From contig CM097885.1 of NCBI GenBank assembly GCA_044892525.1, positions 44,828,001 to 44,888,000 on the forward strand: a DNA stretch of 60,000 nt, read 5' to 3'. How positions within the stretch are numbered: position 1 is the first letter of the stretch; each line of letters begins with the position of its first letter. The translations under genes were made by a program, and so were the position numbers. The notes under the pieces were generated by a model, which saw only the letters and a list, made by a program, of their open reading frames with translations, was not told the origin of the DNA and made no database searches. The DNA is from Schmidtea polychroa (lineage: Eukaryota). Positions 22,601 to 35,135 of this stretch are shown piece after piece.

Positions 22601-25600
22601 TCAATCAATCCTCTTAAAATTCTTAGAGAATTCTTCAAAAATATGAATTTTTATTAAATGTTATCGACATCCAAAATACATCTATGAAATAATTTAGTAT
22701 CTAAATTCACGTAGTAAAAGATCAAAATTCACTAAAATTTTCTACAAATATTTACCATCAAATACTGGAGATGATATATATTAATTGACCATAATTCTTC
22801 AACGATTCAACCAATCATTTTCAAGCAATAATAACAAACTAAATCATAAATTTCAAGTAAATTTAAAATATCTATCCGAGATAAAGTTAACTGGTTTCTT
22901 AGCTTATGTTTTTAAAGATCATCAATGTGTAAATATTCTTAGAAAATTATTGAAAAAAATTATTTAGTCAAATGCATTACAAAGTCATCTAAAATTAAAC
23001 CAATTACATAATTATTAACCTAACAGTCATTAAAAAAAATTAATTTTTATTTAAAATTTAACAAATTATCAAGAAATTCAATTAAAATCATCATTAAAGC
23101 TTTAAATTTTTTAATAAATCAACATGAAATTCTTAGAAAATAATTGAAAAAAAAATATTACAAAGTCATATCCTATCACGTGATTATTAACCTGACTGTC
23201 ATTAAAAATAATTTTTATTTAAAAAAAAAACCAATCAATTAAAATACATCCAATTATCAAGAAATTAATTAAATTTATTTAGAACTAACTTAAAATTTTT
23301 AAATATTCATTCAATCCACATGATATTCACGAAAATGATAAAAATTCACAAAAACCATCAACTCTAAAAAAAATAATTACTAATGAATACCTTAAACACC
23401 AAAATTTATCTAAATAATCTTTCAAATTAATTCATTAAAATTGAAGACAACACGCTCTATTTTGTCATTACATTCAATTAAAATTAAATAAATCAAGATA
23501 AGAACTTTGATAAAAAATATTATTCTAAAATGGTAAAAATTAACACTGTAGTGTTAAATGAAAAGGTAATTATTCTTTAAATCTAATTAACTTAGTCATA
23601 ATTTTCTTTAATTTAACCCTTTATTTACTTAATTTAGTCCTTGTTTACCGAATATAGAAGTTTAAAATATAGACCATTGATTACTTTAATTTAAAAATGT
23701 ATCCCTTAATTTACATAATTTCAATCTAAAATTATTTCAAAAAATTTTTTCTAAAATTGTCATTGAAAATTATTTCATAAAAGTTTTCATTTAAAATTTT
23801 CATTGAAAAATATTTCATAAAAATTTTCATTAAAAATTATCTTAAAAATTATTCCATAAAAATTTCATTAAAAAATTTCAATTCTCAAACACCTTCTATT
23901 TTATTAATAAATTTAAAATCTTACTTTAATTTGCTTATTACATTACTTATTTAAAAATTATTACTTTAATTTACTTATTTAAAATATTTGGCCATTGATT
24001 ACTTAATTTAAAAATTTGGACCTTAATTTACTTTAATTTAATTTTTTAGAACCTTAATTTACTTTAATTTTAAATTTTGAACCTTAATTAACTTTAATTC
24101 AAATTTGGACCTTAATTTACTTTAATTGAAAATTTTAGACCATAATTTACTTAATTGAAATTTTAGACCTTAATTTGCTTATTTATCTTTAATTTACTTA
24201 AGTTTAAAAATATATACCATAATTTACTTAATTGAAATTTTAGAACTTAATTGAAAATTTTAGACTTTATTTTAGAACTCAATTGAAAATTTTAGACCTT
24301 AATTTCATGTAAAATTTTAGACCATAATTTACTTATTTCAAAATTTTAGACCTTAAATTGCTTAATTGAAAATTTTAGACCTTAATTTGCTTATTTATCT
24401 TTAATTTACTTTAATTTAAAATTTTAGACCATAATATACTTAATTGAAAATTTTAGACCATAATTTCATGTAAAATTTTAGACCATAATTTACTTAATTG
24501 GAAATTTTAGACCTTAATTTGCTTATTTATCTTTAATTTACTTAAGTTTAAAAATATATACCATAATTTACTTATTTGAACTCATTGATTGCTTTAATTG
24601 AAAATTTTAGACCATAATTTACTTAATTGAAAATTTTAGACCTTAATTTACTTAATTGAAAATTTTAGACCATAATTTTAATGTAAAATTGTCATTGAAA
24701 AAATTTTCATTTCTCAGGCGCTGTTTATAGTATGCAAGCCTTTTTTTTATGCTGCATCTTTTTTTTGCTGCAACATTTGATTGCGCAATTGTTGCAACTT
24801 GTTTTTTTTTTGTATTGAAAATTCTAGAAAAAAAAATAATACAATTGCGTAATAATACAAAAAAAATACAACAAAAAAAAACTAGTTGCAACAATTGCGT
24901 AATCAAAAGTTGCAGCAAAAAAAAAGTTGCAGTGGGCTACTATCTACCTACTATAAACAGCGCCTGAGAAATGAAAATTTTTTCAATGACAATTTTACAT
25001 TAAAATTATGGTCTAAAATTTTCAATTAAGTAAATTAAGGTCTAAAATTTTCAATTAAGTAAATTATGGTCTAAAATTTTCAATTAAAGCAATCAATGAG
25101 TTCAAATAAGTAAATTATGGTATATATTTTTAAACTTAAGTAAATTAAAGATAAATAAGCAAATTAAGGTCTAAAATTTCCAATTAAGTAAATTATGGTC
25201 TAAAATTTTACATGAAATTATGGTCTAAAATTTTCAATTAAGTATATTATGGTCTAAAATTTTAAATTAAAGTAAATTAAAGATAAATAAGCAAATTAAG
25301 GTCTAAAATTTTCAATTAAGCAATTTAAGGTCTAAAATTTTCAAATAAGTAAATTATGGTCTAAAATTTTACATGAAATTAAGGTCTAAAATTTTCAATT
25401 GAGTTCTAAAATAAAGTCTAAAATTTTCAATTAAGTTCTAAAATTTCAATTAAGTAAATTATGGTATATATTTTTAAACTTAAGTAAATTAAAGATAAAT
25501 AAGCAAATTAAGGTCTAAAATTTCAATTAAGTAAATTATGGTCTAAAATTTTCAATTAAAGTAAATTAAGGTCCAAATTTGAATTAAAGTTAATTAAGGT

Positions 25601-28600
25601 TCAAAATTTAAAATTAAAGTAAATTAAGGTTCTAAAAAATTAAATTAAAGTAAATTAAGGTCCAAATTTTTAAATTAAGTAATCAATGGTCAAATATTTT
25701 AAATAAGTAAATTAAAGTAATAATTTTTAAATAAGTAATGTAATAAGCAAATTAAAGTAAGATTTTAAATTTATTAACAAAATAATAGAAGGTGTTTGAG
25801 AATTGAAATTTTTTAATGAAATTTTTATGGAATAATTTTTAAGATAATTTTTAATGAAAATTTTTATGAAATATTTTTCAATGAAAATTTTAAATGAAAA
25901 CTTTTATGAAATATTTTTCAATGACAATTTTAGAAAAAATTTTTTGAAATAATTTTAGATTGAAATTATGTAAATTAAGGGATACATTTTTAAATTAAAG
26001 TAATCAATGGTCTATATTTTAAACTTCTATATTCGGTAAACAAGGACTAAATTAAGTAAATAAAGGGTTAAATTAAAGAAAATTATGACTAAGTTAATTA
26101 GATTTAAAGAATAATTACCTTTTCATTTAACACTACAGTGTTAATTTTTACCATTTTAGAATAATATTTTTTATCAAAGTTCTTATCTTGATTTATTTAA
26201 TTTTAATTGAATGTAATGACAAAATAGAGCGTGTTGTCTTCAATTTTAATGAATTAATTTGAAAGATTATTTAGATAAATTTTGGTGTTTAAGGTATTCA
26301 TTAGTAATTATTTTTTTTAGAGTTGATGGTTTTTGTGAATTTTTATCATTTTCGTGAATATCATGTGGATTGAATGAATATTTAAAAATTTTAAGTTAGT
26401 TCTAAATAAATTTAATTAATTTCTTGATAATTGGATGCATTTTAATTGATTGGTTTTTTTTTAAATAAAAATTATTTTTAATGACAGTCAGGTTAATAAT
26501 CACGTGATCGGATATGACTTTGTAATATTTTTTTTTCAATTATTTTCTAAGAATTTCATGTTGATTTATTAAAAAATTTAAAGCTTTAATGATGATTTTA
26601 ATTGAATTTCTTGATAATTTGTTAAATTTTAAATAAAAATTAATTTTTTTTAATGACTGTTAGGTTAATAATTATGTAATTGGTTTAATTTTAGATGACT
26701 TTGTAATGCATTTGACTAAATAATTTTTTTCAATAATTTTCTAAGAATATTTACACATTGATGATCTTTAAAAACATAAGCTAAGAAACCAGTTAACTTT
26801 ATCTCGGATAGATATTTTAAATTTACTTGAAATTTATGATTTAGTTTGTTATTATTGCTTGAAAATGATTGGTTGAATCGTTGAAGAATTATGGTCAATT
26901 AATATATATCATCTCCAGTATTTGATGGTAAATATTTGTAGAAAATTTTAGTGAATTTTGATCTTTTACTACGTGAATTTAGATACTAAATTATTTCATA
27001 GATGTATTTTGGATGTCGATAACATTTAATAAAAATTCATATTTTTGAAGAATTCTCTAAGAATTTTAAGAGGATTGATTGAATTAAAGGAGGATTCAAG
27101 TGGGTAGAATTAATGGATATAGTCGGATAGATGTTTAAAGGGGTAGAAATATTTGGTGAGAGATCGGTTAAGCTGGGATATTGTCGGTGAGATTTAATGA
27201 GAGATCGGATAAGGTGGGAATATATGATCTTTTAAGGGGGATATAGTTGGTGGGATTTAATGAGAGATCGGTTAAGATGGGAAAATATGATCTTTTGAGG
27301 GGATGTAGTCGGTTAAATTTAATGAGGGATAGGTTAAAATGGGAATATATCATTGTAAGGGGGATATAGTCGATTGATTTTAATGAGAGATCAGATAAGG
27401 TGGGAATATATCATTGTAAGGGAGATATAGTCGATTGAATTTAATGAGAGATGGGTTAAGATGGGAATATATGATTTTTTAAGTATGCTGTTGGTAAAAT
27501 ATCAATGTTTTAAGGGAAATGGTAATTAGTCAGTTATGTATCAATAATAATTATATCGTTTTATTAGATTGTGATTAATGCACAGTAAATTAATTTAGAA
27601 CATTGTTTTATTAAGTAGGGATAATGATCGATTTACTTGGTTTTGACAATGAAATCTTTACAGATAATTGGGATTGACTTCAACTTTAAATTATTTTTAT
27701 CTTTATTTAGACGGACAACGACAAAAGTTGGAAATATTGATTTAAAACGTCGACTAAAGAAAATTGATCTTTATTGGGAGAAATCTTGATTTTAATTAGT
27801 AATTAAATCGGTTGGATATCGGTAAAAATGATCATTTGAAGAAATATGGATAAATTTAATCTTTCTATGCAACTACTCAGTTATATTGTACAGTCAAATT
27901 TCAAGCAATATTTATTTTAAATTTCGATTACAGTGATTTATTTTTAGAACAAAAATTTAATTATAACTGTTTGTTGTCATTAGACTTTATAAATTGTTTA
28001 GAGTTAATGATTTTACATGTTTTATAGGGAAATATTCGTGATAATAGGAATTAAAGATATAATTATAGTCATTTAAACGGGATTTTAAGCAATCTTATTA
28101 GTCTGAGGGAAATATATAGCCTTTTAAGGGTATTTATCGATAAAATACTTATCTTTAAAGACATTGATATTTCATGGAAATTTGATGCTTTCTAGATGAT
28201 TTTAGTAGAAAATTTACTTGGATATACCAATTATTGACATTTAAATGAATTTACTGGTTTATTAGATGTCATCATTAGTTATCTAGTCTCTTTTGGAATT
28301 TAATGATAATTATTTTTATTGTAGATTGTTGACTTTGATAATGGTAATGAATTCATACTGAATTTTGTGTATAATTTGAGGAATTAGTAAATAGATTTCA
28401 ATATACGTGTATTACTTTTAAAAAATAATTAAAATTAATTTATTTCAATTAATTTATTCAATCAAAATAAATTATCTACTAGATCTTATTATCTTTATTA
28501 TCTTAGTTGATTAACTTAAATGATCAGTATTTTTTTTTATTTAATGGATGATTAATGACTAGAATTTAAAGTTCTTTCGTCCATTACATTTTGTTATTTA

Positions 28601-29895
28601 TTATGTTTTGAATAATTTAAATTTTTACAATGATTTATTTAATTTTTATCTAGTTATTGGAAAATCATACAAGTACTGGTAATCAGTTAATTAATGAATT
28701 GCATTTTTTTTTATTAATTTTTCATCCAATTTTTCAAGTGAAGAGTATTTTCTTTTAAAGATCAATTTTTTATTACATAGTTGTTGGTTGTAAGTATCTG
28801 GTTGTTAATATTTGGTATCTGATTGATAGAGTTTAGTTGTAGATGATGACAAGAATATATTGCATGTGATGAAGAATATTTTGTATTTAATTGCTATTAT
28901 TTTTATGTGTTGTTAGTTGATTGTTGGTACTTGGTATCTTGTATTTAGTAGTTGGTACAGTGTTGTTTACTGATTGTTGTCATATAGTTGTATATATTTG
29001 TTAATTTCTCGATAGGTTTTGATGGTGGTTGTTAGTACATGGTTGTAAGTGTTTAGTATTTTGTTGTTTGAAACCTAGTGGTAGCTAATTAATGAGTAGG
29101 TGGTAGTTGAGTGTTACCAATATTGCAAGTGAAGAGGATTTTCTTTTAAAGATATATTTGTTATTACTTGATTGTTTTTACTTGGTTGTTAGTACATGTT
29201 CGTAAGTTACTGGTTGTTAGTACTTGGTATCTAGTTGATAGTGCTTAGTACCTGGTTGTTAGTTGATTGTTGGTACTTGGTAGGTGGTAGCTAGTTGTTA
29301 GTACTTGGTACTTGGTAGTTGGTTGTAGGTACTTGGTATTTAGTTGTTAGCTGGTTGTTGTTGCTTGTTAGTACTTGGTAGGTGGTGGTTGAGTGTTACC
29401 AATACCCCTACGACTAGTACCTTTACGACTAATACCCTTACGACCAGTACCATTACGACCTGTACCCTTAGGGGGGTCAAAACATCCTGTCGGATAAACT
29501 CAGTATATATATAATAAAACTGATCAACAATAAGTAGTTATTGAATGTGATTTTTACTTTGCAATAATAAGTCAGTAGTTATCAATTAAAAGAAGAATGT
29601 TTTGTAAATTAGAATTCATTAGTATTTCATTGTAATTTAAATTATTTTGAATTCCAAGTAGTGATGAGTTGACAATTATTCATTTTTGTTAAATTTAGAC
29701 ATTTTGAAAAGATTTTTTCTACTGATTGTAATTAAACATATTTTTGAAGACAGATAAAAAATTAATTTAAAAATCATTTGATAAAATACAATAAAGAATA
29801 CTCAGTTGGTTGTTAGTACATAGTTGTAGGTACTTAGTAGTTGGTTGTATGTACTTGGTATCTAGTTGTACCTGATAGTTGTTGGTATCCGATTG

Positions 29896-29967
<72 letters not shown>

Positions 29968-30195
29968 GATTATAATTATTATTATTTTTATCAATATTAT
30001 TATTATTTTTATTATTATTTTTAATTTTATTTTTTATTATGATTTTCATTATTTTTTATTATTATAATTATTATTAATATTTTTATTATTTTTATTTATT
30101 ATTTTTTATTATTATAATTATTATTAATATTTTTATTATTTTTTATTATTATTTTTATTAATATTAATATTATTTTTATTATGATTATTATTATG

Positions 30196-30231
<36 letters not shown>

Positions 30232-32556
30232 AATATTAATATTATTTTTATTATTTTTTATTATTATTTTTATTATTAATTTTTATTATCATTGAAATTT
30301 GCATCTAAATTTGCCTTTGAAAATTATTTCATTAAAATTTCCATTTAAATTTGTCTTTGACAATTATTAATTCATTAAAATTTCTATTTAAAATTAGCTT
30401 CAAAAATTATTCCATAAAAGTTTCTATTAAAATTTGACTTTAAAAAATTATTTCTTAAAAATTTTATTTTAAATTTTTATGTCTCAGAAGCGGTTGGTTA
30501 TTCCAACTTTTGTTTATAAATTTTAATTTAAAGTTTTGAACCTATAATTTAAAAATAAAACATTAATTTACCTATTTATCCTTGTATTACTTTATTTAAA
30601 TTTTTTTACCATAATTTACAACCAAATATAGCCCTTATTTTCATATTTAACCAATAATTTCATGTAGTGAATGATTAATTGACAATGATTTGCATCTTTA
30701 ATGACTATTGAAAAATAATACATAAAACTTTCCATCTAAAATTAACATTGAAAAATAATTCATAAAAATTAACTTAAAAAATAATTATTTCATTTAAATT
30801 TTCATCTAAAATTAACTTTGAAAAATATTTCATATAAATTTTCATCTGAAATTAACATTGAAAAATATTTCATAAAAATGTCTATTAAAAATTATCTTAA
30901 AAAATATACGTTAAAAATTTTCATTTAAAATTTTCAATTCTCAATCACCAACTATTATTCCAACTTTTGTAAATAAATTTTAAAATCTAACTTTAACTTT
31001 TTTTACTTATTACATTACTTAAATTTACTTATTTAACTTTAATTTAAAGTTTTATTTTACCATTGATTACTTAATGTTAAATTTTGAACCTTAATTAACT
31101 TTAATTTATTTTTTAGAACCTTAATTTAGTTATTTGAGCCCATTGATTACTTATTTTTAAAATTTGGACCTTAATTTACTTATTTGAACTCATTGATTGC
31201 TTTAATTTTAAATTTTAGACCTTAATTAACTTATTTGAACCCGTTGATTAATTTAAATTAATTTTTTTTAGAACCTTAATTAACTCATTTGAACCCATTG
31301 ATTACTTTAATTTAATTTTTTTTTAGAACCTTAATTAAATTATTTGAACCTGTTGATTAATTTAATTTAATTTTTTTTTTGAACCTTAATTAACTCATTT
31401 GAACCCATTGATTACTTTAATTTAATTTTTTTTTGGATCTTAATTTACTAATTTGAACCTTAATTTACTTATTACATTACTTATTTAAAAATTATTACTT
31501 TAATTTACTCATTTAGCTTTAATTTAAAATTTGAACCATTGTTTCCTTTAATTTCATAATTTAGCCTTTAATTTACTTATTTAACTTTAAATTAAAATTA
31601 TTGACCATTGTTTACTGTAATTCAATTTTTAGACCCAATATTTAATGTAATTCAAAAATTTGGACCATAATTTACTTTAATTTAAAAATCTTAGTCCATA
31701 ATTTACTGTAATCCAATTTTTAGACCCATAATTTGCTTTATTTTAAAAAAATTACCATGTTTTTTAGTGTAGACCACCTTTTTGTATTGAAAATAACCTG
31801 AGACCTTGAATTACCATACTTTTTTAGTGTAAACCGTCTTTTTGTATTGAAAATCCTAGGACTATGGAGACTCTCTCACTATAGTGTGAAAAATCCATGC
31901 TTTTTTATTGGAGACTACCTTTTCTATTGAAAATATCCTGAGACCTTAAATAACCATGGCTTTTTTAGTGATAATCAGATTTTGTATTGAAAATCCCTGG
32001 ACCAAGGAGACCCACCCAAATAATACTGACTTATCCTTTGCTTTTGTATTGAAAATATCCTGAGACCTTAAATTGCCACTGTTTTTTAGTGTAGACCACC
32101 TATTTGTATTTAAAATATCCTGAGACCTTGAATTACCAAACTTTTTTAGTGTAAACCGCCTTTTTGTACTGAAAATATCCTGAGACCTTAATTACCATGC
32201 TTCTTTATTGAAGACTCACCTCACTATAGTCTGAAAAATCCTTGGCTTTTTAGTGGTAGTCGGATTTTTGTATTGAAAATATCCTGAGACCTTAAATTAC
32301 CACGTTTTTTTTTAGTGTAGACTACCTTTTCTATTGAAATTCTCAGGACCAAGGAGACCCACCCAAATAATACTTATTCTTGACTTTTTTAGTGTAGACC
32401 GGCTTTTTGTATTGAAAATCCCAGAAAAAAATCATTGGAGCATGCGGCAACAATTATGTAATCAAAAAATGTCTACGGAAAAAGTTATGCAATCAAAAGT
32501 TTGCAACATTTTTTACCCCCCCCCCTATTGTTCCCGTAGGCCACTAACTACCTACT
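18375..32556. mobile_element. 14.2-kb non-coding palindromic non-autonomous Polinton-type element
   Basis: Ends AGTAGGTAGTTAGTGGCCTACGGGAACAATAGGGG / CCCCTATTGTTCCCGTAGGCCACTAACTACCTACT; exact 6-bp TSD TATTAA at 18369-18374 and 32557-32562. Confidence 0.9.
18699..30816. repeat. Giant inverted repeat: arms ~18699-24732 and ~24949-30816
   Basis: Mirror-image identical spurious ORFs (22330/27168, 22785/26716). The arms differ by scattered substitutions and a ~100-bp minisatellite indel near 22220-22330. Confidence 0.95.
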
Positions 32557-32684
32557 TATTAAAGCCTTATTTCATGATGATGAAAGCCTTAAACAGTTAA
32601 ATTCTGAACAATTTATTGAATAAATAATTTCAAGAAAAAACTATCTAATATTTTAATATCATTAAACATATTCCGATAATAAGT

Positions 32685-34847
32685 AGTAGGTTGTTAGGAG
32701 CCTACGGCAGCAACTTTAAATTAAAAATTTTTGACCTTTATTTACTTAATTGAAAATTTTAGACCATAATTTTCATGTAAAATTGTCATTGAAAAAAATT
32801 TCATTTCTTAGGCGCTGTTTAATAGGTAGTTAGTGCAATTGCAAGTCGTTTTTTTGCTTTTTTGATTACGCAATTGTTGCAACTAGTTTTTTTTGTATTG
32901 AAAATCCTAGAAAAAAAATAAGCGTAGCTTACTGCTGCAATTACGTAACAAATTTTTTTTTAAAAAACGAGTTGCAACAATTGCGTAATCAAAAAGCAAA
33001 AAAACGAGTTGCAACAATTTTACCCCTCCCTGGGGGGCAATTGTTCCAGTGGTGCCCTAACTACCTACTAAACAGCGTCTGAGAAATGAAAATTTTTTCA
33101 ATGACAATTTTACATCAAAATTATGGTCTAAAATTTTCAATTGAGTAAATTAAGGTAAAAAATTTGAAATTAAAGTAAAATAAGGATAAATAAGCATATT
33201 AAGGTCTGAAATTTTCAATTAAGTAAATTAAGGTTCAAAATTTTCAATTAAGGGATGCAATTTAAAATTAAGTAATGAATTTTGAAAGATAATGAGAATT
33301 GGTAGTAATAATTAAAAAAAAATTTGACTAAGTTAATTAGATTTAAAGAATAATTACCTTTTCATTTAACACTACAGTGTTAATTCTTACCATTTTAGAA
33401 TAATATTTTTTATCAAAGTTCTTATCTTGATTTATTTAATTTTAATTGAATGTAATGACAAAATAGAGCGTGTTGTTTTCAATTTTAATGAATTAATTTA
33501 AAAGATTATTAATCACAAAAAAGTTGGTGGTTATTCAATCTTTTGATAATAAATTAAAATATCTTACTTTAATTTACTTATTACATTACTTATTTGAAAA
33601 TTATTACTTTAATTTACTTATTTAACTTTAATTTAATTTTTTTAGAACATTGATTACTTAATTAAAAATTTTGGATCTTGATTTACCTATTTATCCTTGT
33701 ATTACTTAATTTAACATTTTACAACTTAATTTACTTTACAACCAAATATAACCTTATTTACATATTTAACCAATAATTTCATGTAGTATAAAATGATGAT
33801 TTCTTGGTAGCAGAATTTATTATTTAAAACAATAAAATGATAATTTAAGCCTTTTGCTGCAAATAATGTATTTAATGAAAAAAATTTCGACTATAAGATA
33901 GTCCTTGTCAATCTTATCTTATAGTCGAAATTTTTTCATTAAATACATTATTTGCAGCAAAAGGCTTAAATTATCATTTTATTGTTTTAAATTTCATGTA
34001 GTGTATGATTAATTGACAATGATTTGCATCTTAAATTATCATTGAAAAATAATACATAAAAATTTCCATCTAAAATGAACAATGAAAAATATTTCATAAA
34101 AATTTCTATTAAAAATTTTCTTAAAAAAAATATTCGTTAAAAATTTTCATTTAAAATTTTCAATTCTCAATCACCGACTATTCCAACTTTTTGTTAATAA
34201 ATTTAAAAATCTTACTTTAATTTACTTATTTAAAAATTATTACTTTAATTTACTTATTTAACTTTAATTTAAAATTTGAACCATTGATTACTTAATTTTA
34301 AATTTTGAACCTTAATTAACTTTAATTTAATTTTTTAGAACATTAATTTAGTTATTTGAGCCCATTCATTACTTTAATTTAAAAATTTGAACTTTAATTA
34401 ACTTATTTGAACCCACTGATTACTTTAATTTAATTTTTGTACCCATCATTTATTTATTTAATTTTTTAGAACCTTAATTTACTTAATTAACCCATAATTT
34501 ACTGTAATTTAAAAATCTGAACCTTAATTTACTTTAATTGAAAAATTTGGACCTTACTTTACTGTTATTCAAAAATTTACCACGCTTTTTTAGTGTAGAC
34601 CACCTTTTCTATTGAAATTCTCAGGACCAAGGAGACCCCCTCACTATAGTCTGAATAATCCTTGACTTTTTAGTCATAATTCAAATTTTGTATTGAAAAT
34701 CCTAGGACCAAGAAGACCCCCTCACTATAGTCTGAAAAATTCCATGCTTTTTTATTGAAGACTGCCTTTTTGTATTGAAAAAAATATGTATAGCGTAATT
34801 AATAGCGTAATCAAAAAGCAGGAAAATAAAGCTCTTAACTACCTATT
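32685..34847. mobile_element. 2.2-kb non-autonomous element of the same family
   Basis: Ends AGTAGGTTGTTAGGAGC / GCTCTTAACTACCTATT; exact 6-bp TSD ATAAGT at 32679-32684 and 34848-34853; the interior shares blocks with the 14.2-kb element. Confidence 0.85.
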
Positions 34848-35135
34848 ATAAGTACATGGGTCAATTTTTGGAAGGGCTTCTTTTAAGAAAATTTGGCACT
34901 CTAAAATAAAGCCTCTCCTTATTTGTGGAAATCCCAAAAATTGTCAAATAGTTTCATATTAATAACATAAATTTGAATTCACATATGTTTACTCAATTAA
35001 TTTATATAAAAATGTACATATAAAATTACAAAACTAACAAAAAGGTTTTTGAGAAGTGGTCGATTTCAAATATTTATTAAAATTTAATATTTAGATAAAT
35101 TAACAGTGGTAATATCAATTATTTATTTTTGTTAG

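Noticed and set aside
22330..27353. Duplicated 60-61 aa ORFs in the palindrome arms
   Set aside because: Minisatellite or AT-rich chance ORFs duplicated by the inversion; no protein motifs.
18699..30816. Giant palindrome as a pure assembly or chimeric-read artefact
   Set aside because: The arms differ by substitutions and indels, one side has an extra ~1.5 kb, and the unit is bounded by TIRs and an exact TSD. Read-level confirmation is still needed.
18101..34940. Older MITE whose halves (~18101-18145 and ~34860-34940) may enclose both AGTAG elements
   Set aside because: Inverted similarity is too weak to define ends or a TSD.
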